DNA from: Candidatus Velthaea sp.
GTDB lineage: Bacteria; Vulcanimicrobiota; Vulcanimicrobiia; Vulcanimicrobiales; Vulcanimicrobiaceae
Reading direction: 5' to 3'
Assembly (NCBI GenBank): GCA_050012475.1
Contig: JBEKHC010000105.1
Coordinates: 1 to 17,324, forward strand
DNA: 17,324 bases
Within the stretch, counting starts at the first letter, position 1, and each line of letters starts with the position of its first letter. Positions 9,302 through 17,324 of this stretch are shown here, piece by piece. The notes beneath the pieces were generated by a model, which did not search any database, was not told the DNA's origin, and saw only the letters and a program-made list of their open reading frames with translations. The position numbers and the translations under genes are program-made.

Positions 9302-9397
9302 TTCACGGGCGACGACGTTTCGCGGTTTCCCTCGCACCACGGCAGTATCGTCTTTCGATCGATATGTCGTCTCTAACTCGATAGCGTGGCCAGCGTT

Positions 9398-10528
9398 TCA
9401 GCGGCGCACGAAAGATGAATAGCCGATGACCCGGTTGCGGCCCGCAGCTTTGGCAGCATAGAGCGCTTGATCAGCGGCCGTGATGAGTTCGCCATCGGTC
9501 GTCCCGTCGCGCGGAAACTCGGCGACACCGAATGATGCCGTCATGGAGATCTTCGTCTGGCCGAACGTCACCGTCGTGTCTTCAATCGCGATGCGCAAAC
9601 GCTCCGCGCATTCAACCGCCATCGTTTCAGTCGTGCTTTGAAATATGAGCAGAAACTCTTCGCCGCCATAGCGGCAGACGAAGTCGCTCTCCCGGCAATG
9701 CCCCTTGAGCAACGCACCAAAAACGCGCAAGACTTCGTCGCCGGCCAGATGGCCGTGGCGATCGTTGATGGTCTTGAAATGATCCAGGTCGCCGAGAACC
9801 ACGCTGACGCACCCGCCGCCACAGTCCGCGGCGTACAAGGTCTCGCGCATGCTCTCTTCGAGGAACCGGCGGTTGTAAAGTCCCGTCAGCGCATCATGGG
9901 TGGATTGTTCGCGTAACTGCTCTTGGAGGGCTTTCAGATCCTGTTCGGTGCGCTGGCGCTCGGTGATGTCCATCGCAGTGGTCAGTAAAACGCGCTTGCC
10001 GGGGATATCCAGAACGCCGCCTTCCAACTCGACTACGATCTGGCGCTCATCTTTGCGGCGGCAGGCGGCTCGGTAGTTGACGTGGCTCGTCTTACCGACC
10101 ATGCAACGCCGCAACACCTCCTTGACGAGCGCGTGATCGGATTCGGCAACCAGGTCCAGCGGCGAAAGCAAACGCATCTCATCGTTCGTGTAGCCGAAGA
10201 TTTCCTCGAACTTGGCGTTCGTGTACGTGAAGTTTCCGTGTTCGATGATGGCAATGCCAAGCAACGATTGGTTCACGATCGTCCGAAAACGCGCTTCTGA
10301 TTTGCGCAGGTTGGCGAGCGTCTGTTGGTGCTCGTTCAAGACGGCTTCCAGCGTCCGGGTTCGGCTGCGCACCTGCTCCTCAAGGATCACGGTGCTTTGA
10401 AACAGACTGAAATCAGAGACCTGAACGTTGGTGCTGCGCTCGGCCCGATCCATCAGCACGTCGATGACTTTCTTGAGCCGGGAGATCTCGCGGCGGTAGC
10501 CCTCGACGTCCGGCGGCGCTTCAGCCAT
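9398..10528 (-). CDS. Diguanylate cyclase (N-terminal coiled segment + PAS + GGDEF), partner of NosP
   Basis: HDALTGLYNRR, DLDHFKTINDRHGHLAGD, I-site RESD, RYGGEEF and ADQALYAAKAAGRN, plus a PAS ending in DITER. Start reassigned to ATG 10528 (MAEAPPDV), which overlaps the upstream gene's stop by 8 nt. Confidence 0.93.
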   Translation of the reverse strand: MAEAPPDVEGYRREISRLKKVIDVLMDRAERSTNVQVSDFSLFQSTVILEEQVRSRTRTLEAVLNEHQQTLANLRKSEARFRTIVNQSLLGIAIIEHGNFTYTNAKFEEIFGYTNDEMRLLSPLDLVAESDHALVKEVLRRCMVGKTSHVNYRAACRRKDERQIVVELEGGVLDIPGKRVLLTTAMDITERQRTEQDLKALQEQLREQSTHDALTGLYNRRFLEESMRETLYAADCGGGCVSVVLGDLDHFKTINDRHGHLAGDEVLRVFGALLKGHCRESDFVCRYGGEEFLLIFQSTTETMAVECAERLRIAIEDTTVTFGQTKISMTASFGVAEFPRDGTTDGELITAADQALYAAKAAGRNRVIGYSSFVRR

Positions 10529-11705
10529 CGTCGTCTGCGGCGCGAGCGCTGCCGATCGCCACTCCCGTGAACGTTTGATTGACATGTACGCCGCGGAATT
10601 GCTCGCCGTAGGTATTGAAGCCGACGACGTTGTTGCTCCGGAACAGCTCGTTCACTTGCGGAATTAAGCCCAGACGGGCGCAGTCTAGCCGCCTCAAGAG
10701 GCAATCGAAGCCGATGAAAAGTCGGGGCTGGCCGATCTCCACACGGATCTCGGCAAATGCGTTTTCGAGGTTCTCGAAGAGGTCGACGCCGCGTACCATG
10801 CGCATAACCACGCCCTCTTCGATCGCGCAGTAGAGCGTGAGACTTCCATCGCGATTGGCCTTTTGAATCGAACGCACGTAGTTCGTGCCATTAATAACGA
10901 CGACGAGCGGTGACTTGGCAAAAATGCTGGGATCGAGCGCGCCGACGTCGAGTCCGAGAAGTCGCGCGTAACCCTCAGCCGCGGGCCAGGCATCGATTTC
11001 CCGCACGACGCGATGTTCGTCGGACGCAGTGACCACGGCGCGCGTATCCGTTGCGACGAAGTGCTGCGTCTTCATGACCGTAAAAGGCAAAGCCGTGCTG
11101 ATCAACGCCAGGGCAGCACGATCGCTGTGAAAGGTCCCATCGGCGAACACGTACGTCGCTTGAAATGCCTGGCCGTCACCCGCTGAGCCGCCGACGAGCG
11201 GGATTCGCTCGAGGCCATTTTGCAGCGATCCCGCGACAGACTCTTCGCGAGTGGATAAGCCGTCAATCAAGAGCAGGCCGAACGTATCCTCGTGCGTCGC
11301 TGCGCTTCCGGCTTGCTGCAAGCGGCGCCGTAAGTCGGCTGCGACCTCGCGCCCGTGGCTCGTTTCGAATCCAGCCAGACCGTCGATACGTGCGACAGCT
11401 ACGGAAAAATGCTCACCGGCGAGGCTGACCGCCGAAAGGCTGTGATCGCGGTAACCGGCGGCGCCGAATTCCCCAGCCGTCGTGCAGCCCACCACGGGGA
11501 TACCGGAAAACGCGCGGTTCATCTCTTCGCTCAGCGCTTCGCGATCGTATTCGCGCGAGCAAAAGAAGATGACGAGTTTGAGGTCGGGCGCGGCGAACGC
11601 CGCGTGGATCTCCTGCACGGCTTGACGGGCGTCATACGCTACGGAATGCGCGGTTTGCACGCCGTCCGCAAACGTCTGCGTCGCCTTCGGATTAACCGCG
11701 ATCAC
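10521..11705 (-). CDS. nosP: FIST N + FIST C domain protein, nitric-oxide/heme sensing protein NosP type
   Basis: VIFFCS.EYD, VVGCTTAGEFG, LLIDGLS.REE, PLVGGSAGD, YVRSIQK, YCAIEEG, FDCLLRRL and GFNTYGEQFRGVHVNQTFTGVAIG are FIST/NosP hallmarks. GTG start after GAGGA. Confidence 0.9.
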   Translation of the reverse strand: MIAVNPKATQTFADGVQTAHSVAYDARQAVQEIHAAFAAPDLKLVIFFCSREYDREALSEEMNRAFSGIPVVGCTTAGEFGAAGYRDHSLSAVSLAGEHFSVAVARIDGLAGFETSHGREVAADLRRRLQQAGSAATHEDTFGLLLIDGLSTREESVAGSLQNGLERIPLVGGSAGDGQAFQATYVFADGTFHSDRAALALISTALPFTVMKTQHFVATDTRAVVTASDEHRVVREIDAWPAAEGYARLLGLDVGALDPSIFAKSPLVVVINGTNYVRSIQKANRDGSLTLYCAIEEGVVMRMVRGVDLFENLENAFAEIRVEIGQPRLFIGFDCLLRRLDCARLGLIPQVNELFRSNNVVGFNTYGEQFRGVHVNQTFTGVAIGSARAADDDG

Positions 11706-11897
11706 GTCACACCATCCTCGAGAGCCTAATTCAACTCATCGGCTGAATAAGCAACCGCCTTTAGAAGCGCTATCAAACGCCGCGGCTCCAGTTGTGTAAA
11801 GTTATCGAAGCGGAATCTATACCTCGGTGGGCACACTACTATTCTGCTGGGAATGTCGACATGCCATGTCCATGGGCTTACGGCCATCAATGGAGTA

Positions 11898-13652
11898 TCA
11901 ATGTTGTCGACCTGAAACACCCGCGGAAAGCTGGTCGTCCGGTAAGTAAACGCGATTGCGTCCTGAGTGTTTGGCGATGTAGAGTGCTTCATCCGCGCGC
12001 CGAAGCAGCTCCGCGGGTGCCGTTTGCTGAGCGCCCGAACAGGTTGCAACGCCGATACTGACGGTTACGACGCCGTATTCTGACGCCCCGTGTTCGAGAC
12101 CGAGCGCTTCGATGGCCTCACGTAGGCTTTCCGCAACGGCAGCAGCTCCCTGAAGCGTTGTCTGCGGCAGGATGGCAACGAATTCCTCACCGCCATAGCG
12201 TGCCAACACATCGCGCGGCCGACGACAACCGAGCGCGAGCGTCTGTGCGACATGACGTAAGCATTGGTCGCCGGCTTGATGGCCGTAGCGATCGTTGTAA
12301 CCTTTAAACGAGTCAATATCGATCATCAATAGCGCTAAGTCAGCGATTGTTGACAGGTCGGAAGCGGAGGTCCGGCGGCGGGAGAATACTTCCATTTCGA
12401 ATGACTCATCGAAACTGCGACGATTAGGTACGCCCGTCAGTCCATCCGTGCCGGCTATTGCACCGAGTTGCTTGTTGAGGGCAGCGAGGTTCTCGTTTGC
12501 GGCCGCGAGCTCGTCGCGCATGCGCACGCGCTCGGTGATGTCCGCAACACACACGATCGCGCCGGACACGGTCCCGTCTTTTGCCGTTAGCGGGCGCAGG
12601 ACGATGCTGCAGTGGCGTGCGCCGCCTTGACGCTCGAGCGTCAATTCCAATTCGGCGCTTTCCGCGCGCCCGAGTACCGTGGTCAACGCGGCGTCCAGTG
12701 AACCGCGATCAGGTGCTGCGACGTCCAAGAAGTGCTCGTCGAGCGTGCCCGCATCGGCGCGACCCAGGACTTTCGCTAACCGGTCGTTGCGATAGACGAC
12801 GCGGCGATGTTCATCCACTTGCACGATGCCCAGCGGCAGGGCTTCCGTCAATCGGCGCAGCAACTGCTCGTTCGCGCGCAGCGCCTCGACTGCTTCCATG
12901 CGATCCGTGATGTCCACCATCTCGCTGTGGACGAAGCCGTGCGCCGGATCGTTGAGCAGATTGCGGTGGGTGATCTCGAGCCAGATGTAGTGACCGTCGC
13001 GATGCCGGTAGCGCGTGAGGACGCGTTGACCGATCGCTGGACGCCGCAGCATCTCCATCCAATTCGCAATCGCCGGCGCGCGGTCGTCCGGATGAATGAT
13101 GTCCATGGTCCGGTTACCGACCAACTCGTCTTCGGTCCAGCCGAGAACTTCGGTGACCGTCGGGCCGATCGCCCGGACGATCGAAACCTTGTCGCGCTCG
13201 AGGCTGCAGACACGGCTGCGGAACAGTGTCGAGCGCACACCTCCGTCGCTGAACTCGCCGCAGAAACCAACGAACGCGGCGAGGAACACGCCGTACCGAT
13301 GACGCGCGTCGACGAAGTGCAGGGCCACATCGGTGGTCGGTTCAGTGAGCAAATGGACCGTAACGCTTGCCACGCCACCAGCCCGGGCGCGCTCCCAGGC
13401 CTCCACGATGTGCTGCAGGTCGTCCGGAACGCACATTTCGAGGGCGGTCGCCCGTCCGGTGATCCGGTCGGCCGGCGCGACCGGCACCTGCGACGGAAGA
13501 GGCGTGCCTAATCCGGTCTCGTCGAAAGCCATGACGCGCGGCGGCGGGTCCGCGCCCAATAGGGAATCGATCACCCCATCGATGGTCTCGATTCCAAGAG
13601 GCTTGGGCAGCGTCACGCGGCTGGGACCACTCAACCCCTTCCCGGGCGTCAT
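11898..13652 (-). CDS. Diguanylate cyclase with two PAS domains (plus a possible degenerate N-terminal PAS) and GGDEF domain
   Basis: PAS with IHPDD...RYRHRDGHYIWLE...DITDR, a second PAS ending DITER, TDGLTGVPNRR, DIDSFKGYNDRYGHQAGD, I-site RPRD, RYGGEEF and ADEALYIAKHSGRN. Confidence 0.94.
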   Translation of the reverse strand: MTPGKGLSGPSRVTLPKPLGIETIDGVIDSLLGADPPPRVMAFDETGLGTPLPSQVPVAPADRITGRATALEMCVPDDLQHIVEAWERARAGGVASVTVHLLTEPTTDVALHFVDARHRYGVFLAAFVGFCGEFSDGGVRSTLFRSRVCSLERDKVSIVRAIGPTVTEVLGWTEDELVGNRTMDIIHPDDRAPAIANWMEMLRRPAIGQRVLTRYRHRDGHYIWLEITHRNLLNDPAHGFVHSEMVDITDRMEAVEALRANEQLLRRLTEALPLGIVQVDEHRRVVYRNDRLAKVLGRADAGTLDEHFLDVAAPDRGSLDAALTTVLGRAESAELELTLERQGGARHCSIVLRPLTAKDGTVSGAIVCVADITERVRMRDELAAANENLAALNKQLGAIAGTDGLTGVPNRRSFDESFEMEVFSRRRTSASDLSTIADLALLMIDIDSFKGYNDRYGHQAGDQCLRHVAQTLALGCRRPRDVLARYGGEEFVAILPQTTLQGAAAVAESLREAIEALGLEHGASEYGVVTVSIGVATCSGAQQTAPAELLRRADEALYIAKHSGRNRVYLPDDQLSAGVSGRQH

Positions 13653-13801
13653 GTATCATAGTATCGCCAAAAGCCTCGCTTTAGATGAGGCTTGCCTCGG
13701 GGCTCGGCCGCAGCACCGGTAGAGCTCGCCTCGCCCGAGGCGCCCGCCGACGCAGCTTGCCTGCCTCGCGAAGAGACCGAATGACCGTGTATCCTTCGTG
13801 C

Positions 13802-13911
13802 TGGATGCTCTGATTTCGCCCTGGACGTCCTGCCGAGGAGCATAGCAGCGAAGTTTGCTTCAGCAAATGAGCCGCGTAACGAGGACGTCCAGGGCTAAAT
13901 CAGAGGATCCA
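13802..13911. repeat. Palindromic element with 30-bp inverted arms (28/30 match), REP/MITE-like
   Basis: TGGATGCTCTGATTTCGCCCTGGACGTCCT (13802-13831) is the reverse complement of AGGACGTCCAGGGCTAAATCAGAGGATCCA (13882-13911) apart from 2 mismatches. The 50-nt core contains the hairpin TTTGCT-TC-AGCAAA. Confidence 0.85.
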
Positions 13912-14131
13912 ATCAGAGGATCTAGGGTTAGGCGATATCGAGCTGGGTCAGGAGCCGTCCCGTAATGTGCGGGGACGCCGCGGTCGTCATCGACGTGCGG
14001 CACGCCGGATTCGGCCGATCCGCCGGAACAGCGCCCGCTGATCGGCGATTTGACTGCGACCGGTATCGTGCCCACCTCACGTGCCGGCGGAGCGAATGGC
14101 AACGCTCAACAAGGCGATGTCGGCCGTGGTC

Positions 14132-14674
14132 CTACGACTTGACTTCTAGGTTGTCAACTACGCTCTTCACGCCCGGGGCGTGTTTGGCGGCATCGGCGAT
14201 CGTCGATTTGAGGGCCTCCGTCTTCACGCTTCCGTCGAGCGTCACGGCCCCATTGTGCGCGTGGACCTTCACGCTCAGCGCGTTGACGCCGGCTTGCCCG
14301 ATGAGCGCCCCCGTCACCCCGGTTACGATCGCGGCATCTTTCGCTTGCTCCGTCACCGGAGTCAGCTTCGAATCGACGACGACCCGGGAGGCGACGCTTT
14401 TCACTCCTGAGACGCTCTTCGCCGCAGCGGAAAACCTCTCGGCGATCGCCGCGGACTTCGCGCGACCGCTCAACGTTACTGCGCCGTCATTGGAAGCGAC
14501 GGCGACGTGCAATGCTGAATCTCCATCGATAGCGATCAGCCGGGTCGTGATTTGCGCGGTGATGGCGGCATCCCCCAGGGCACCGCTCGCGGACTTCGTC
14601 GTATTTTCGACTTGCGACGACGAGCAGCCACCGATAAGTAGAGAGCTGGCGAGCAGCAGCATGCCGAATTTCAT
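14132..14674 (-). CDS. Double BON-domain lipoprotein (OsmY/DolP-like)
   Basis: Signal peptide with lipobox LIGGC (Cys17), and two BON repeats DAAIT/DAAIV...GAVTL.G...GVKSV. Confidence 0.92.
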   Translation of the reverse strand: MKFGMLLLASSLLIGGCSSSQVENTTKSASGALGDAAITAQITTRLIAIDGDSALHVAVASNDGAVTLSGRAKSAAIAERFSAAAKSVSGVKSVASRVVVDSKLTPVTEQAKDAAIVTGVTGALIGQAGVNALSVKVHAHNGAVTLDGSVKTEALKSTIADAAKHAPGVKSVVDNLEVKS

Positions 14675-14942
14675 TGAGGATCTCCCCCGGTCTATCTACC
14701 GCAGTCCCGACAACGAGAAACAGCGCAAGGGAGACTTCGCGGACCGTGCGCCTGGCAAATCAGCAAGCCCCGCGCAGCAAACACCCGATCGCCGTTTTGT
14801 TCCATTGCTGATGACAGCCGGCGCGGTCACGACCTGCAATGCGAGTTCGGCTTGGGCGACGATGCCGACGTACTCCCCAAGTCACCGCGAACGGCATCCT
14901 CGACCCGAGCGAGTTCGCCGCAGCTGGAGCCTGAGGGGTCAC

Positions 14943-15635
14943 TCAGCTCTTAAGGCTGACGTCTGAAAAGTCGATCGTCCGCACCAGCGTCGTGCCTTCG
15001 TACGCCTGGATACGCACTGGAAGTTGGGTCGCCGTTGAGATATCGATTGTCTCGCGCGAAAATCCGGCGTCCGCGGCTGGATCTTCAGGGACGAGCGACA
15101 ACGATTCGGTGGCGTTACCATCGATCGGCTCTCCTCTGCTCTCCGATAGTCTGCCCGCCGTCTGTTCCGCGTGCGCGAGAATCGCACCATAGCTCAATTC
15201 GTCGATCGACGAACCGCGAATGGTCGTTACCAACGGATCATGAAGGGGGAGGGTCCGCTTGAACAAAGCAGAGAAAAATCTGCCGCCGCGCGTCGCTTGC
15301 ACCGTGGTCCCGCCGTCCCACGTCAATGTTACCCCGGCGTTCGGGCCCTTAACGACCCGCACGGTGAAGCTTGACGGCTTTTGAAACGCATAATCGAAGA
15401 CGACATTCTGGACAGCCGTACCTTGCTGCTCGAAGAGCGTCACCGTCGCACTGTACGAACTCACGACATCCCATGCGCGTGCAAACGATGCCAGCGCGGG
15501 CGGCGCGAGGCTCGGCGTTTGTACCGGTGTCGCCCGCGGATTGCTCGCGGGCTGTGCAGCGACTGGGGTGAGCACTGTTCCCAGGCGAAGGAGAACGACG
15601 AGCGCCATCACGCCTCTACGGCCGCCAAGAACCAT
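14943..15635 (-). CDS. Secreted LolA-like / outer-membrane lipoprotein-sorting fold protein
   Basis: N-terminal signal-like hydrophobic stretch, then SYSATV..., FQKP, WDG, and C-terminal IDISTATQLPVRI...IDFSDV pattern typical of LolA-like beta folds. Confidence 0.7.
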   Translation of the reverse strand: MVLGGRRGVMALVVLLRLGTVLTPVAAQPASNPRATPVQTPSLAPPALASFARAWDVVSSYSATVTLFEQQGTAVQNVVFDYAFQKPSSFTVRVVKGPNAGVTLTWDGGTTVQATRGGRFFSALFKRTLPLHDPLVTTIRGSSIDELSYGAILAHAEQTAGRLSESRGEPIDGNATESLSLVPEDPAADAGFSRETIDISTATQLPVRIQAYEGTTLVRTIDFSDVSLKS

Positions 15636-16294
15636 CTATCTTGCCCCGATCTCTTTAGGTTTGAAGTAAGCTTAGCTCACTTCATCAACTTGACCCGCAA
15701 CGAATCGGCAGCACTGTACGAATTTGCTAAATAACTTTCTTAGTTGTCTGCCTCTCGCAAGCTCGACCTAACGCCGAACCTTTGCTGTTACGTTCGCGGC
15801 ACGATGGACTGCGAGATTCGCGTCCTGGCACGCGAGCGCACCACCGATCCACATCACCCGGGAAATCCGCAAAAGTAGGCGTTCTTCCATACAGGCGCTC
15901 CGAGGCTGCGAGTTGCACTTCACCGCGGCGATCTTCCACACGGATTGGCAGTATCTTATATGCCGGTGTTCATACCGGCCGAGAGCTGAATGGATGTGCG
16001 AAGCATCGCCGGGCGAACGACCCCCGGTGCGTCCGGTGGACATGTAAAGTGCCGAACCGTCTCAATGGCGAGGCCGCTCGCAAATGACGGTGCGCGAAAC
16101 CAGCGCGCAATCCGTGTTCGCGGACACCGAGAAAGCTCGGTTCCTCGACGCATACAGATGCATACGACACGTCCTTCTCCTGTCGAATGACCGGCGGTAC
16201 GCTGATTTGAAAGAATGAATGACGTACAATCGTGCTAGGTTCGTATCGCGTGTTGTTGAACGAGGCTGCTATCGCATCTCGCGAGAATCGTTCG

Positions 16295-17324
16295 ATGACA
16301 CATTCGATGACAAGGCGAATTGGCTGGCTCTTCGGTGCGGGCGTTCTGTTCGCCGCGATACCGGCCTCGGCTGTGTTCGTGCCGAATGCTCTTGGTGAAA
16401 GAGTTGCCGCCGGGCTCGTCGCGCACAATGTTTGCTCGGCGACCTTCGTCGGCGGTCTTGATCCGCAAGCGACATTCGAGGAACAAATCCGGACCATTTT
16501 GCCTGGTCTTGCATGGAAGCCGCTTGCGTATCGAGTCGATCGTGTGAATCGCACCGTTGCGGCATCTTTTGCAAGGCTTGACCGCGCCCGCGCAAGGTTC
16601 ACGCCAGGCTACGGCTGCCGCCTCGACTATCCGGAAAATGTCCGAGCTCCGGCGCCGCGGTCGTTGACACCCGTTGTGGCTGATGCGTTCGCCCCGGCTG
16701 GACCGGTAGAAACGGCCGATTCCAAAATTGCAGCAGCTTTGAGCCGCGTTTTCACCGAGCGCCCATCGCAGCCGACCAAGGATGTCAAGGCGGCCGTGGT
16801 CGTCCGGAATGGCCGGGTGGTGGCCGAGCGATATGCGCCGGGTTTCGGCACCAACACCCCGCTGCTGAGTTATTCCGTCGCCAAGTCCTTCACCAACGCG
16901 TTGCTGGGCGTGCTCGTGCGTCAAGGGCGTCTTCGCGTGGATCAGCCCGTCGGCGCGCCAGAGTGGGCAGCCACCGGCGATGTGCGGAGAAGGATCACGA
17001 TCGAGGACCTCGCGCGCATGCGCAGCGGCCTCGACGTCGCGGAGGAAGAATCGGTCTCGAGCCCCGTGGCAGTAATGGAATATGCGCGAGCCGACATGGC
17101 GGGCTTCGCCGCGCGGCATTCGCTCAAGCACCCGCCGGGAACGGCCTGGGAATACACGTCGGCAAACACGCTGATCCTCGATCGCTTGTTGGGACGCACG
17201 GTCGGCGGGGGCGCCGCAGGGATGCGCGACTTTGCCGAGCGAGAGCTCTTTGCCCCGCTGCACATTGCCAACGTGACGATGGAGTTCGATGGAGCCGGTG
17301 TCTTCGTGGGATCGTCATACGTCT
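16295..17324 (+). CDS. Serine hydrolase, beta-lactamase class C / 6-aminohexanoate-dimer hydrolase-like family (3' truncated by the window; absent from the ORF track)
   Basis: Own translation from ATG 16295 (alternative 16307): MTRRIGWLFGAGVLFAAIP signal/anchor, AAVVVRNGRVVAERYAPG, catalytic SxxK (YSVAKS, 16871-16888), ITIEDLARMRSGL, PGTAWEYTSANT and ERELFAPL. The frame is open to the end of the window. Confidence 0.92.
   Translation, partial: MTHSMTRRIGWLFGAGVLFAAIPASAVFVPNALGERVAAGLVAHNVCSATFVGGLDPQATFEEQIRTILPGLAWKPLAYRVDRVNRTVAASFARLDRARARFTPGYGCRLDYPENVRAPAPRSLTPVVADAFAPAGPVETADSKIAAALSRVFTERPSQPTKDVKAAVVVRNGRVVAERYAPGFGTNTPLLSYSVAKSFTNALLGVLVRQGRLRVDQPVGAPEWAATGDVRRRITIEDLARMRSGLDVAEEESVSSPVAVMEYARADMAGFAARHSLKHPPGTAWEYTSANTLILDRLLGRTVGGGAAGMRDFAERELFAPLHIANVTMEFDGAGVFVGSSYV

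Noticed and set aside
10529..10585. Upstream start for the PAS-GGDEF gene at 10585
   Set aside because: It would overlap nosP by 65 nt, whereas ATG 10528 gives a typical short coupling overlap.
13965..14966. 333-aa plus-strand ORF
   Set aside because: It is the antisense shadow of the BON-domain gene in GC-rich DNA.
16084..16218. 44-aa small ORF MTVRETSAQSVFADTEKARFLDAYRCIRHVLLLSNDRRYADLKE upstream of the serine hydrolase
   Set aside because: The composition is plausible, but there is no clear RBS or recognisable family, so it cannot be supported without a homology search.
16235..17263. 342-aa minus-strand ORF
   Set aside because: It is the antisense shadow of the plus-strand serine hydrolase, which carries the real catalytic motifs.

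Overview
This is a GC-rich bacterial chromosomal window with a stress and signalling theme; the LolA-like protein is reminiscent of Eremiobacterota/Vulcanimicrobiota, but the taxonomy is only a guess. It opens with ~1.2 kb lacking a recognisable gene, which contains a diverged ~126-bp tandem repeat with signs of conserved RNA structure. A + strand run follows: DUF4331 protein, non-heme haloperoxidase-type alpha/beta hydrolase, UBP-type zinc-finger protein and a small hypothetical protein. Next come an ICMT/PEMT-family methyltransferase, large-subunit catalase KatE, and a divergent DUF2306 membrane protein / PadR regulator pair. A minus-strand c-di-GMP locus encodes a PAS-PAS-GGDEF cyclase, a FIST/NosP sensor and a translationally coupled PAS-GGDEF cyclase. 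The window ends with a ~110-bp palindromic element, a double-BON lipoprotein, a LolA-like protein and a beta-lactamase-family serine hydrolase cut by the edge. The best leads are the structured tandem repeat in front of the DUF4331 cluster and a NosP-partnered diguanylate cyclase that appears to carry a NahK-like N-terminal segment. All assignments come from motif recognition by eye; no searches were run.
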